Assembly: GCA_024346625.1 (NCBI GenBank)
Contig: AP024666.1
Coordinates: 806,001 to 870,000 of the forward strand
Source of the DNA: Williopsis jadinii
Taxonomy: Eukaryota
Length of the DNA stretch: 64,000 nucleotides
Direction of reading: 5' to 3'
The notes beneath the pieces were generated by a model that saw only the letters and a list, made by a program, of their open reading frames with translations, was not told the DNA's origin and made no database searches. Position numbers and translations under genes: made by a program. Positions 1-11,949 of this stretch are shown here, piece after piece. Position 1 is the stretch's first letter. Every line of letters starts with the position of its first letter.

Positions 1-632
1 ATGATTAATCAACGCCTATCGCGAATAGGCTGGAGAAGGGCCTAATTAGGCGCATGGGAAGGGAGTTTATCAGAAGTATTCGTAGAGGAAGGGTACTTTG
101 AACGGATATTGGGTGTAACCGCAACGACAGGCACTGTAACCTGCCTTGGCTGGTCTTTCAGGAACAATATAATGGCTATGTTATTACACGCTAAAGCAAA
201 CGACATCAGGAGAAGACGTGACGGAACTAACCATGTGCATGCGCGCATTAGTCCTATCTCCCGTCGCTAGTATTCTCTTCTGATCCACCTAGAACCACCC
301 ACACAGACACTTCTCCTGTAAAATCGCACACTGCCCGGATTGCCACTGAATTCTAACTCTCTGGCATCGGTTCAAGCACAGGGTTCGTCTTGGAACGCGT
401 ACTTCACAGTATGCAATCCATTTGCCGACTTGGTTCAGAGTTCATGATGATGTAATTTTATAGGCAACGTTCTGCCCCGTGTGCTTTGGCGCAGGTGGCC
501 ACGGGCGCGGGAACTCAGCTGCTCCCCCTACTGAGCTGTTGGGGAAAGCCACAGTTTTACAGCTAGTCCACATCATATCAAATGTAGATTGTACAGATTG
601 GAGTGTTAGCCCAACGTCCTATATACACGTCT

Positions 633-2657
633 TTATTCTCCCAGCTCACCTGTTTGTGAGTGCTCTTCAGCTCTCTCAGCATCTGCAGCCCTCGCAAGAA
701 GTTCATCTTCCCGTTGTTTCTTCTCCTTGATTAACCTATTGGTCAAGGTGTGTCCAGAAGGTACGAGGGTGACGAGACATAAAAACACACTCAGCGCGAA
801 GGGATAAATATATTGTAGATACCTTGGTAGTCTTTGTGAATTCTCCAATTCTATAGCCTGCTCCACGAGACGTGTCGCACCGTTTGTGACCCTGGACCAT
901 CCCAATTGATGCAGTAATCTGGTTGCCCTCTGGGTCAGGTTGCGAACGTGTGGGGATCCATTGTGTATGAATTGTGTAAAGAACTCACGTATTGGTTGAT
1001 GTGTGAAAAGGTACGCAATTGCAACAACAGTATGAATTAGATAGATATAGTCACTATCTTCCAATGGTGAGATCAATGCACGGTAGAACATCACAAAAAT
1101 TAACGTGTTTGCTGCAAATGCACCGATCGGTTCAAGATTATCTCTGATTCTCTCGAATAATCTAATGTGTATATTGTTCAATTGACCCCGATTAGCATGC
1201 TCGTTGTTCGCATCAGCAAGATGGTTGTCATCTTCTGCAAGTTCTTCCCTAAGGACAGTTTGTACAACATTTGGAACAACGATTGAGATGCCTAGTTCAG
1301 CCAATTTCTTCATACCAGCTGAAGAAACCATAATGTATGGATTTGATGGATCGGAGTTGTTGACAATGACCTCGTCAGTGGATAGCTTCACCTGTTGATG
1401 CGTATCATTAACAGTGAATTCGTATCCAAACAAAGTTTGTTCCAATGAATCAGTACTATCCGTTGTACCGATGAGCTCATTAGTCGTGTCTTCAGCTGGC
1501 AGATGCTCGTCTGTACTGTTGTTGGAATGGGCATTTTGAGTGCTAGACAGTTCAGAGTACGATGGCGAAGATATTCCAACGTTTCTGAAGTTGTCCCGGT
1601 TGATAAAAGTTGAATGTTCCAGGTTTTCCAATGCTTCCTCCTGTGGGAAAAATTCCTCTTTATCTGTATTGTTCTTGAACTGTTCTCTCAACCTCTTGAT
1701 TCTCTGATGTTCAACCATAAAGTTTGGATTTGGTTCCTTTGGATAGAAATCAAAGATCTTACCTCTCTGTAAATCCTTCCAGAAGCCTGTGTGCTCATTC
1801 GAGTGATCTGGCTCTTGGATAATAAAGTGTAGAGTCATCGTAGCAATTGTATTGGGAGTGCTGATGTTTCTTATCCTTGTATCATCTTCCAATATACGAC
1901 CAAAGTACAAAATCTTGATCTCACTGGTTGTGAAGTCTGGCGTCAGCCCAGCGTACATATCCAAAATGTACTTCTTAACGGTGAATATTGTTGTATCAAG
2001 GTTAACGCTCATTTCATTCGTCCGTAGTACGCCCTCTCTTGGGGACATAAGTCTCACTGTGAAATCACCAGTGACCGTCGCATAAAAGTTCAAAAGACCA
2101 AAGGGAACAGTATCCTGCTGTAAAAGGTCGTGTAATGTGACGCTATCATCCTCAATTTTGACACCGCCGTTGTACTCAAACGACGTGATATCGAAAAGAC
2201 TCTCAAGATGAAGATAGTCAACGAGTGCACACTTCAACTCCTTAACAGTAACGGACATGAGTTTCCTCATCTGTAAGACTCTGCCAGTACTTGTACGGAT
2301 GCCAATGTCAACCATCGATGGCACCATCTCACGCACAGCCAATTTCTCATGGACAAACTCTACCCTGATTCGTATCAGCGGGTCAGATAAGTCAATACAC
2401 TGGGCCCAAACCTTGAATCGCGAGAGCTCATTGTGCTTGTAGTAAAGGTTCAACGCAGAAGGGTTGAAATTCTTCTGCTGTGTCAGCTCAAATGACCTCT
2501 GCGAGATCACTTCCTTCACGTCCTGGACCGTATTGTCCAGTGTCGTTCTTACCAGCTTGTTGGGGAACCCATCAAACAACGGATCAGAGCTCCACAACAA
2601 CAACTCAACATGCTTGGCCGCGATGTCCATCGTCATATCTCTCGTACGCATCGCCAT
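633..2657 (-). CDS. USA1: ERAD scaffold Usa1-like protein (ubiquitin-like domain, C-terminal membrane segments)
   Basis: UBL-like segment (FTVKKYI...IKILYFGRILEDD...TLHFII) and hydrophobic C-terminal helices. Same strand and order as RCF1, as for S. cerevisiae YML030W/YML029W. First ATG at 2657. Confidence 0.7.
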   Translation of the reverse strand: MAMRTRDMTMDIAAKHVELLLWSSDPLFDGFPNKLVRTTLDNTVQDVKEVISQRSFELTQQKNFNPSALNLYYKHNELSRFKVWAQCIDLSDPLIRIRVEFVHEKLAVREMVPSMVDIGIRTSTGRVLQMRKLMSVTVKELKCALVDYLHLESLFDITSFEYNGGVKIEDDSVTLHDLLQQDTVPFGLLNFYATVTGDFTVRLMSPREGVLRTNEMSVNLDTTIFTVKKYILDMYAGLTPDFTTSEIKILYFGRILEDDTRIRNISTPNTIATMTLHFIIQEPDHSNEHTGFWKDLQRGKIFDFYPKEPNPNFMVEHQRIKRLREQFKNNTDKEEFFPQEEALENLEHSTFINRDNFRNVGISSPSYSELSSTQNAHSNNSTDEHLPAEDTTNELIGTTDSTDSLEQTLFGYEFTVNDTHQQVKLSTDEVIVNNSDPSNPYIMVSSAGMKKLAELGISIVVPNVVQTVLREELAEDDNHLADANNEHANRGQLNNIHIRLFERIRDNLEPIGAFAANTLIFVMFYRALISPLEDSDYIYLIHTVVAIAYLFTHQPIREFFTQFIHNGSPHVRNLTQRATRLLHQLGWSRVTNGATRLVEQAIELENSQRLPRYLQYIYPFALSVFLCLVTLVPSGHTLTNRLIKEKKQREDELLARAADAERAEEHSQTGELGE

Positions 2658-3037
2658 CTTCTCAAGATTATCCACACTCTTTCAGCAACCTCTGGTCTAG
2701 CGCCCTCTCCCAACTTAGCCTGGGTGTGTTTCTGTGGGACCGTTGGTGTTTTGAACTTACAAGCGTGGCCTCTACAAGCGAGCCCAACCGGCCGCTCTAC
2801 GCGCGCGCGACAGCGTGCGGTGCCTTTCTGCCCAGAGTGATAAACTTTACTACACGGGACAGAGAGTGTCGATCCGAGAAAAAGTACCTCTGGCGACAAG
2901 CGCGCGCGTGTGTGCGTGGTACGCAGTTGTGACCCCAGCCTGCAACCACAAAGCCTATAAAATTCTACGTTTTGTGGCGACTTGCTCTTCATTCGCTCCA
3001 TCAACTACCGCTGGCTCCACAAGGGTAAACAAAGGCA

Positions 3038-5792
3038 ATGGATCCACAGAAGAAGTGCGGTAAGAAGTCACGCGTGAGGGTGCCCACGGTGTGTACTGTG
3101 TGTCGCCGTCGTAAGATGAAGTGTGACAAGGTCAAACCTCACTGCTCATCGTGCGTGAGGAACGGTACGACCCATTTGTGCCACTATGAAGAACAGCCAT
3201 GGGCGTCTGATAACGAGCTACAGCGGCTCAAGGAGCAGGTGTTCCAACTGCAGGAGCAGAACGTTGAGCTGAAGAGGCTGTTGAACGAGCGAGCGCTCGA
3301 TGAGGCGGCGCCAGTGGGCGATAGTACTGGGTTCATCATTCCAGATCAGCCAGCGTCTGACCCTTTTCTGGAGCTTGCAGAGAATTTTGACCTGATGTTG
3401 TTGAAGGAGAGTAAGATCTCTCATTATGGCTCAACTAGTTACATGTCAATTGTTGCCCAGGATCCCATCTTACGTCAAGTGTTTCAGAAATTCCTTGACG
3501 TGAAGGCAATGGGGATTGATTTTGGCAAGTATTTCCTATATGACCAGGGGTTCATTCCCATGAGAAACGACGAGTGCAGCATAACTTCGAATAATCCAAT
3601 GACTTCGATCTTTGAGCAGGTAACAGGAAGCCAGGAAGAATTGGTTCAGTCGATCAGCAATGTACTACCCCCACGGAACATATTGAACGCACTAATTGAC
3701 CATTTCTTTGCAGAAACATATGCGTTTGTCCCTTATCTGGACGAGGAGTCTTTCAGAAAGAATATTGAATCTTTGATATCTTCAACACCGGAAGGTAAGA
3801 CCGTTCTTGTGTTGAATAATGCTTCCCAATTCGTGACTGTTGCGACGTTACTCCCACTGTGTACTTCGCTTCTCATTTTTGTCACTACCAGTCCAAACCC
3901 CTGAAAACGCACACAATGAGCTCATCCAAACAATATTGAGATCGGGTGTACAGGTTCCACCGACCTATATAGAGTATGCAAAGGCTTGTGTGGCAAATGC
4001 CGCAATTTTCAGAAGACCGTCACTGAAACATATCCAGGCTTTATTGCTTTTAAGATTGTACAGGTTTTATGCACCAGAAGATGGTGATGAAAGCTCTGAC
4101 TCAACGATGTTTCTTGCATTGCTAGTCCAAATGGCCAAGATGCACGGGCTGCATCGTGATCCTTCAAGATTTGGAATGGTTCAAGATCATGCGACGGCAC
4201 TTCTATGGAGAAAAATATGGTTAGGTCTACTTCATCTCGATGCGATGCAATCCTTACAATTTGGCTGCCCGTTACTAATTGATGACGAATATGATACGGA
4301 ATTACCAGTGCCTAGCTCACTAGACTCTGCTATGGAAAAGTCTTGTATCGAAGCATTTGTCAAATTGAATGAAGTGACACAGCTCATGAGAAGTATGATT
4401 AAAGCTGCATCGAAGATCAAGACGCATCCAAAACGATCTGAGCTCGATACTTGTTTAAGAAAATTGGAGCACACAATATCTAAGTACCGTTCGATTGAAG
4501 ATCTGACTGACTTGAAATCACCTGCGGAGACGTTTCTTTCAAAGACGAATAAGGTCAAAGAGCTTATATTGAAGTTACAACTGTATAATCTCCATTCAGT
4601 CTTCGCCTTTATTCTCATGTTGACCTGTGATGGTGGTGAATTAAGTTCTTTCCAAAGATATGCTGCATCAACAGCTGAATCGACTTTTATCATCTTCAGA
4701 TTTTACCACTACTATGCGAGAGACCCAGCCTGTTATAACAGTGCGTTGAATTTTGAAGCATTTCTTAGTGCTTCGGTATTCGAATCCGCCAAGAGATGCT
4801 CTCAACAGGCTGCATCCCTTTGTCTTAGAGACTTAGCTGGTATGTTTAACATATCTAGGGTGTTGAATGGGTTCAACTTTGAAGACTCTAAAGGACTGAA
4901 ACAGTGGTTGACACCTCTTTGTCCCGAGTTTACACATGCTGATCATATGTTGATCCTTATTGAACAATCTGTAAAGTACTGTTCTCTTCTATCACCGAGA
5001 TACTTTGTCTGTTGGAGACTTGTATTTGTTCATAACCTTTTTCAAACATTCTTGGAAACGCATTACCCAAATAAGTTTCAAGATCTCGATGCAGCAATCA
5101 AACGTTACAATGCTTCATCAATAGATGGCAAATCGATTGACTTGGATATTCCAAGTCTTACAAATGATACCAAGCTTTTCTTTGGTGTGAACAAGGAAGC
5201 ATCCGATCTTTGGCAACAACTCTTGCAAGATGCAACGGATTACATGGATTCGAAGGTTTACAAGTTTGATAGTATCACTGATCCCTTTCTCAAAGGGTCT
5301 GTTTTTGATCCAGAATCACCAGTGACATTGCAAGACTTTGATAATGCCATGAACTTCAATACTAATGATTCGACTTATCGTGCGGAATCATCAAAGGACA
5401 TGACACATCGTTCTTATTCATCGAGTATTAATACAAATGACTCGACTTATCGTGTGGAATCATCAAGGGACATGACACATCGTTCTTATTCATCGAGTAT
5501 TAATACAAATGACTCGACTTATCGTGTGGAATCATCAAGGGACATGACACATCGTTCTTATTCATCGAGTAATAATACCAATGGAGAAACAACTCCGCCA
5601 TCAAGTACTGAAAGTGGAATTAGTGAAGGTCAATTGAACAATATGAAGTTCATGAGTACAGACGTTGCCCAAGAAATGGTGTCAAACGGAGCTGATCCAT
5701 TAGGGGCTTCTGAAACCATGCCGACTGATGAAGATCTAGCAATACAGATTGCTCATTCCATGTTTGGAACAAGCAACGGTACAGGTTTTTAA
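3038..5792 (+). CDS. Zn(II)2Cys6 transcription factor (Mrr1/Oaf1/Cta4-like architecture), split by a +1 frameshift near 3853-3856
   Basis: CTVCRRRKMKCDKVKPHCSSCVRNGTTHLC binuclear cluster plus coiled coil in ORF 3038-3904. Fungal TF middle-homology region (GLHRDP, LWRKIW) in ORF 3840-5792. Removing one C from ttactcccactgt joins them as ...VATLLHCVLRFSFLSLP. Confidence 0.85.
5358..5582 (+). repeat. 72-bp (24-aa) coding tandem repeat x3
   Basis: Units start at 5358, 5430 and 5502 and encode NTNDSTYR(A/V)ESS(K/R)DMTHRSYSSS(I/N); nearly identical at DNA level. Confidence 0.95.
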
Positions 5793-5840
5793 GATCCAGT
5801 GTATAGTAACAAAACTTAAGGAACAATTATATACAACAGT

Positions 5841-6984
5841 CTATCTGCCACCACATACTGGACATGATTCCTTTCTTTCGTATGCAAAGGAATACGTAAA
5901 CACAGAATCTGCTCCTGAATACATCATGAAGTTATCTAAAACAGGTGCCGAACTCGAGAGGATCTTGAATGCTTCGTTGCAACACGAGGCAGCGATGATT
6001 GCATTCGTAGATGCAATTGCCGGTATAATGTTCTTGACTACTCCCAAAACTAGTTTTCTATCAACACCATCGATGTTGAACATTTGAGCCCTTTCCAGTG
6101 AATACTTTAGAATCCAGTCCACGTGTTGCGGTATGTCCATATCCAATTTTTCATTTGGAAACTCTGCCTTCCAGAGAACAGAGCTGACGTACTCGATACA
6201 ATGTTCTGGTAGTCTTGGATTGTTTGCAATCGTGCACATTGGGTAAGTTGTTGATCCACTAATCGTGTCCAGTGAACATTCATAGCATGCTGAAAACGTT
6301 GGGAATATCACCTTCACCTGTCCTCTGAACCCTTCAGTTCCACCATCGATGAGTGGCTTAAGCGAATCAAACTCGTTTGGATCCACAAGCTGGACCAGCT
6401 TGTTGTTTATCCACCTTCTTGCCTCTATAGAATCCAACCCAGAGATTACCAGTGAGAATTGCCTATAGTAATCATCCCCCTTATCTTGTAATCTACCAAA
6501 ATACGGTGTGATCTTCACATTCGGGAACCTCTTCATGATGAATTTGGCAGCTGTCTCTGCTTTGGACTTGCCAATATCGGCTCTTCTGAACAGAAACTGT
6601 CTGTTGAGATTGGACAAGTCTATTGTATCCATATCAATAACGTGGATGTCTGTGAACCCAGAACATGCTAAGTCCTTCAGTATCTCGCATCCAAGACCCC
6701 CAGCTCCTAATACCCTACAGCTCCTCAGTTAGTCTTCAGTACGTTTCTGGGCTTGCTTGCTTCAGTCATAGTGTAAACACTCACAGTATTCTTGCATTGT
6801 GGATCGCATCAACCACATCCTGACCAGGTACAAATTCATCCTCTGCGAATGGTGATTTCGACGTCAGATACGGTACAATTGATCTGTCCCTAAGATGACG
6901 GTTAGTGTCAGCTGCTATCTAGAACCATTCTTCTGATATCATTGCTTACATTGACGACATTTGGCTCAGCTGCTCGACATCCAT
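5841..6984 (-). CDS. UBA3: NEDD8/Rub1-activating E1 catalytic subunit, 3 exons (6984-6950, 6889-6785, 6714-5841)
   Basis: Splicing of introns 6949-6890 (GTAAGC..CACTAAC..TAG) and 6784-6715 (GTGAGT..GACTAAC..TAG) restores ILVLGAGGLGCEILKDL-DMDTIDLSNLNRQFLF. Catalytic motif YPMCTIANNPRLPEHC present. Confidence 0.93.
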
Positions 6985-9475
6985 CTTCTGTTACAATGCG
7001 TGGTGTCACAGCTGTGCTGTCTTAACACCCTTTCCTCTTTTGGTGAGGTATTTCGGTTCGTGCCACATGCCATACGCATATGGCTTGTACTGATATACGG
7101 TACGGGCTAACATGTTTAAGATCTACGAATTAGATCGATTGCTTGTGTGTTTATCACACGGTGGTGAGGTTGATTCCATGAGGCAGAGCTCTGAGGCCTA
7201 AGCCTGGAGAAAGAGCAGAATATGATTTAGCAAAGCTGTGGAGGACCCACAGTTATGGTCATGTGCAACGTGACAGAAGAGCCAATAGTTTCCATGAATG
7301 TTGTATACGCTTCAACCATTCATGATCCTGCTTGTTGTGGTTGTTGAGAGTCTCAACGATTCTCTCTCTATGTGGGTTCTGTTTGTCCTGGGTATGTTGG
7401 CCAGCAGCTATGTTGGCCAGTAGCTATGTTCACCAATTCCATTCCTAGAAGTCTCACCAAGGTATGTGTGCTTTCCTCTCTGTTCCATCATTGGCGACTA
7501 CGTTGGGCTCATACCTGCTGTAGCATGGTTTTGTCACTTTTAGAGGGTGAGCAGTCGTACGGTAGTTGTCATTTGAGGTTCATAAGTCGATCACCAAGTT
7601 GGAATCGCTCTCATGCTCAAAACTGATCATAGATCTCAATCAGGAAGACCTGTTGTGGCCTCTATATCCTCCTCAGCAGTGATATATTTGACAGTTCACC
7701 CTTCTTATCTGTCTTTAAATGGCAGTATGCTATTACTTTTGTTGGCTGGTTATCGTTGGTTGGTTGCCGTTGACCCTATTCAAATGTCTGTCTGCAGTCT
7801 TGTATAGCACTGAATAAGAGGAAAGCATGTGGTTATTGCACTTGGGCCAGTTCCCTGTATTGTCCTTTGCAATGCATTCTCTCCCATAGACCACACATTA
7901 CCGTCCTTCTGATATGTTCCTTCTTTACACCAAGAGCTTCTGAGGACTCCAATGCTTGCTTTATAAATAGCTTTTTCAGTGCCACTAGCCAATAGACCTT
8001 CATCCATACCAAGATTGCTCTCTTGAGCAGTCTCCACAGGCCTTCTAGGGCAAGTATCCCATCTTTGCATCAGAGATTGAAGCATCGTCTATCACTCCCT
8101 ACAGATTGCACATCAACATTTACCATATATCCTTCTCTGTCGTTTCCAATCAGCAATGAGTGAGGTGCACTCAACACGCTCATATATCGACATGGTAACC
8201 CAATCAGCCGGCATTAACCACCGTCTTTCAAGCAGACAGTACACCTCACTAAGTGGTTGATAAGTATTCACATGCTTTTCGTTGAAGAGTTGTCTGATTA
8301 TCAACCTCTTGTCGTCTGTACTGAAATGTGAAGCCATCGTTATACTTCCACATAGACAAAGTATCCACACCTTTCATATGATCTCAAGAGCCATTGAAGG
8401 GGCTATTCTGACCATTCAGTGACATAAACTGGCCTCTCTGGCTCTATGTAGGCCTCGAAGAACTGCAGGCATCATCTATGCCCATATGACCTTCAACTAC
8501 ATGCCGTCAAACGCGTCTTCAGTAATAAGGGACGTGACGCGTTGGTTATTGAAAAGCCTTAGACGAGCCCGTGTCTCACCAGCTGTACAGTCAGATACCT
8601 ACACTAAGGTCTAGGATCCACTGTAATAGGAAACTCTCAGCACGGAAAGTGCCATAAATTGAACAGAGCCACCAGCCATCTAACGTCTGTTCAACTGTCT
8701 GCTCGTGCTATCGGTATAGACAGCCCGTGTATTACACTGCACGTATCCTGGCGTCGATACTTACCATGGTTCTCATCCATGAAGGCGTTTCAGTTGATAA
8801 GCACGGTAGAGCATTGCCGGTATGCTACGCGCTTATTACCAGGGCACTTTGGGACCAGCAGCACCGGGCGAAGTTCACATTCTCCATACTCTATGATCGG
8901 TAAAGCTCCAATTAGCGGGCATTATCACGACCTGACCATCCGCTATCAGCCTCCAATTGTCATTGGAAGACCATCTATTACTTCCACACATCATCATACA
9001 CCAGCCTCCCTCCGCTAATGGAGAAGTACGCGATAAGAACAATCACCTCCACATCTCGGCCTGGAAGCAGCAACCAGGAGCACATTCCACCGCCAACCAG
9101 CTACAACTACCTACACAGCTAAACTTCCAGCAATCAACCCTTCACATGCTCGCCTCCTACATCGTCTTTACACGCCCAGAGCTGCTTCCCATTGAACAGG
9201 CTTGTTTACGTAGTAAATCCGAACACCATCACTTTTCGCGCGGCCTTTGTACTACTCAAAGCCCATAACATCTACAAACAACTCATCACCACGCTGCCAC
9301 AGCGCTGTGAAGAGCAGACGAAACACTACGATGTAAGCCAATGGAGAATCGTTTCCTAGCGTATATACAGATTGGTAATGGAATGTCAGTAGAAGGGAGA
9401 TAGAAAACAGGCACACGGAGAACATAGAGATGCGTATCGGGTAAACAGCTGGAGCCTTCGAGCTAGGCGATGAGA

Positions 9476-9986
9476 TCACTTCTCTTCAGAGCTCTTCTCG
9501 GCCTCTTGGGCTTCGAGATACTTCTGTCTTGCAATGGCGGCCCTCTCCTTTCTCTGCTTGGCCTCCGAGTCTCTTCTTTCCAGCTCTTCGATCCACAGCT
9601 TCTCCCTCAGCTTGGCCTTCTCGCGCAGCTCCTCCTCCCTGGTCTTGCGGGCCTGCTCCGTGCCTCTCCCATAGACGAGACCTCCAACAACAAGAGCAGC
9701 AATGGTGAAGCCCTGGAACGCAACACGATAACGGAACCACTTCTGGGCCCCTGGTCTGTTACCTATACGCAGCGACTTGGCTGCTAAGATCACTGCAACC
9801 GTCGTGGCAAGCGTGCCCAATGGCACAAGCGGTTGTTCCTTACAATTCTTGACACACTTCTGGATGAAGTCTAGCTGTCTATACAAACCGCATCTGTTAG
9901 TGTTGCTGCCACCAACACGACACAAAAGACGTAGAAACTCACCTGTACTCGTTCTGGTCGTCAAACGATGATGGCACTCTTGACAT
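9476..9986 (-). CDS. RCF1: Respiratory supercomplex factor 1 (HIG1 domain), 2 exons (9986-9943, 9878-9476)
   Basis: Intron 9942-9879 (GTGAGT..CACTAAC..TAG). Spliced N-terminus MSRVPSSFD...CKEQPLVPLG and QKWFRYRVAFQGFT motif. Confidence 0.93.
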
Positions 9987-10350
9987 GGTGTGATAGCTCC
10001 GCGTGCTGATACTGTTGTTACAACGGTGTGGGAATGTAAAGAGTAAAATGGTATAATCTCTCTTGCGCTCTAGAAACCAATGCCCGCACACTACAAAAAA
10101 CCCACTGCGCGGAAGCAGCAGAGCCCCCCCCCCCCCAAGAGGAAAATTGCTTATGTAATCATTGTTTGTTTACTTTCAGCAAGGATCAACACGCTGTTGC
10201 CGCCCTTCAACCGCTCTTCAAACACTTTGGTATCGAGGCGGCGCGTAACAGAGTTGGCGTATACAGTGACGAGTCGAGTATTGGTACTTGTTCATTGCTG
10301 CTTGTTCCTTGAAAGTCAACATCTACGGTAACTGGAGGAGAATACGTGCG

Positions 10351-11532
10351 ATGGGGCCTGCTGCTGGTGAAGACGACCAGGCGGCGGCATACGGACAGAT
10401 AGCAACTCCCAAATCACCCACGTCGGACGACTATCCACGACTCACAGACGATGAGCAGTCGTATCCGTTGGAAGGGGCACTCAGACAGAAGCTGGTTGAG
10501 CAGGTTGATCTGGAGATCCTCCTGAAGCACAGAGAGTATCACCTTGTGCAGAAGGAGATGCACAAGGTGATGACACAGCTGGAGACAATGGAGAAACTTC
10601 ACAGCGATCCACACTACGCTGAGTATCTGCAAAGCCTGGTATCGTTGAAGAAAGATGCACTGGAGCACAGGGATTCGAAGGCATCTGTGCAGCACCAACA
10701 GGCCTCGCAAGAGTCCGGTTACAACCTGAGGAAATCTTCCAAAGAGCATGAGCGTGCGGTTCACAGGACTTCCTATGGCGGGCTACGGCCAGTATGGGAC
10801 GCCCAGGGGAATAAGATCTGTGTGCATAAGCGTTCGGATGGGGTTATAGTCCGCATCGACTGTCCCAAATGTGGTCGTACTGATTTCGGGTCCGCACAGG
10901 GGTTCTTAAACCACGCCAGATTGGCACATTCCATCGAGTATAAGAGTCAGGACCATGCTGCGCTCTGTTGTGGCTCTTTGCTCCCTGACGCTGACCAGGA
11001 TGAAGTCGGATTGAACTCGATAGCTCTGCTAAAAGAGAGCGGTGCTGATCCAAACCGGAACCTGGCCCCAGGGGTGAGCATCGAAGATCAGAATGGCAAT
11101 AAGAAGAGACGGAAGCTGAGTACCGCTAAAGGTGGATATCTGGAGAAGTTATTCGTAGAGAGGGGTAAAGACAGTGATTCGAATTTCAAGGCACTTGTTG
11201 AAGACGTCACGAAGAAGGAGATTATCGACGATGATGGGGATTTGGACCAACAGCAGCCGTCTGAACCCAGTGATGGCAAGAAGAAGAAAATGGGGCACAA
11301 CAGACGTAAGAGTCGTGGTGGTCTCAGTGCTGTGACTTTTGAGGAGCACGTTGAAGTTTATGAGCCAAGGAATGCAGGGCAGAGTAGTCAATGCGACAAC
11401 GCTTCATTTTCACCCAATGTTGAGTACGAGATACCACCTGTTGAAGGACTAACACCTGCACAGAGAAGAAGATTCCCATCTATTTCAGAACCTTTGCGTA
11501 CAAGGAGCCGATCCAGACAAAACTCCAGTTAA
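10351..11532 (+). CDS. AHC1: ADA histone acetyltransferase complex subunit Ahc1
   Basis: DLEILLKHRE and C2H2-like CPKCGRTDFGSAQGFLNHARLAH motifs; lies in the AHC1-DDL1-SFM1-HSP10 block known from S. cerevisiae. Confidence 0.85.
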   Translation: MGPAAGEDDQAAAYGQIATPKSPTSDDYPRLTDDEQSYPLEGALRQKLVEQVDLEILLKHREYHLVQKEMHKVMTQLETMEKLHSDPHYAEYLQSLVSLKKDALEHRDSKASVQHQQASQESGYNLRKSSKEHERAVHRTSYGGLRPVWDAQGNKICVHKRSDGVIVRIDCPKCGRTDFGSAQGFLNHARLAHSIEYKSQDHAALCCGSLLPDADQDEVGLNSIALLKESGADPNRNLAPGVSIEDQNGNKKRRKLSTAKGGYLEKLFVERGKDSDSNFKALVEDVTKKEIIDDDGDLDQQQPSEPSDGKKKKMGHNRRKSRGGLSAVTFEEHVEVYEPRNAGQSSQCDNASFSPNVEYEIPPVEGLTPAQRRRFPSISEPLRTRSRSRQNSS

Positions 11533-11631
11533 GATGGCAAAACAGCATGTGTGTGTCTATAAAGATTGTACATGGCTATCAAAAATCAAATGGACAATTT
11601 TATTCATCGCTTTGGAGATATAACAATAATT

Positions 11632-11949
11632 CTAGAGTAAACCAGCCTTCTTGAACACCTCTTCAGTCTGATCCAAACTTTCCAATTGCTTCAAAGTCTG
11701 CTCTGTCCCGAACACTTCACCATTGAACCAAATGGTGGGAACCCATTTTCTACCACTCAGTGCCGTGAACTCCTTCTCGAGCTCTGTGGCTTTTTTCTGA
11801 TCTTCAAGCTTATCCAACTCAAGAACAGTCACCTTAGAGGAAACACCATACTTCTTCCAGATGGCTTGAGCATAGTGGCAATCAGGACACCATGACTTCG
11901 AGATCATGAAGAATCTGTTGTTCTTAACGTAATCAGTTGCCTTGACCAT
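11632..11949 (-). CDS. GRX8: Dithiol glutaredoxin Grx8
   Basis: SWCPDC active site and WVPTIWFNG; 105 aa from ATG 11949. Confidence 0.88.
   Translation of the reverse strand: MVKATDYVKNNRFFMISKSWCPDCHYAQAIWKKYGVSSKVTVLELDKLEDQKKATELEKEFTALSGRKWVPTIWFNGEVFGTEQTLKQLESLDQTEEVFKKAGLL

Noticed and set aside
3780..3910. Intron as the explanation for the TF frame change
   Set aside because: GTAAGA at ~3794 has no matching branch point or acceptor, and the sequence on both sides of the shift reads as continuous domain sequence.
5853..5858. GTATGT donor within the last codons of UBA3
   Set aside because: It encodes the conserved V-C of CPVC, and the convergent TF gene leaves no room for a downstream exon.
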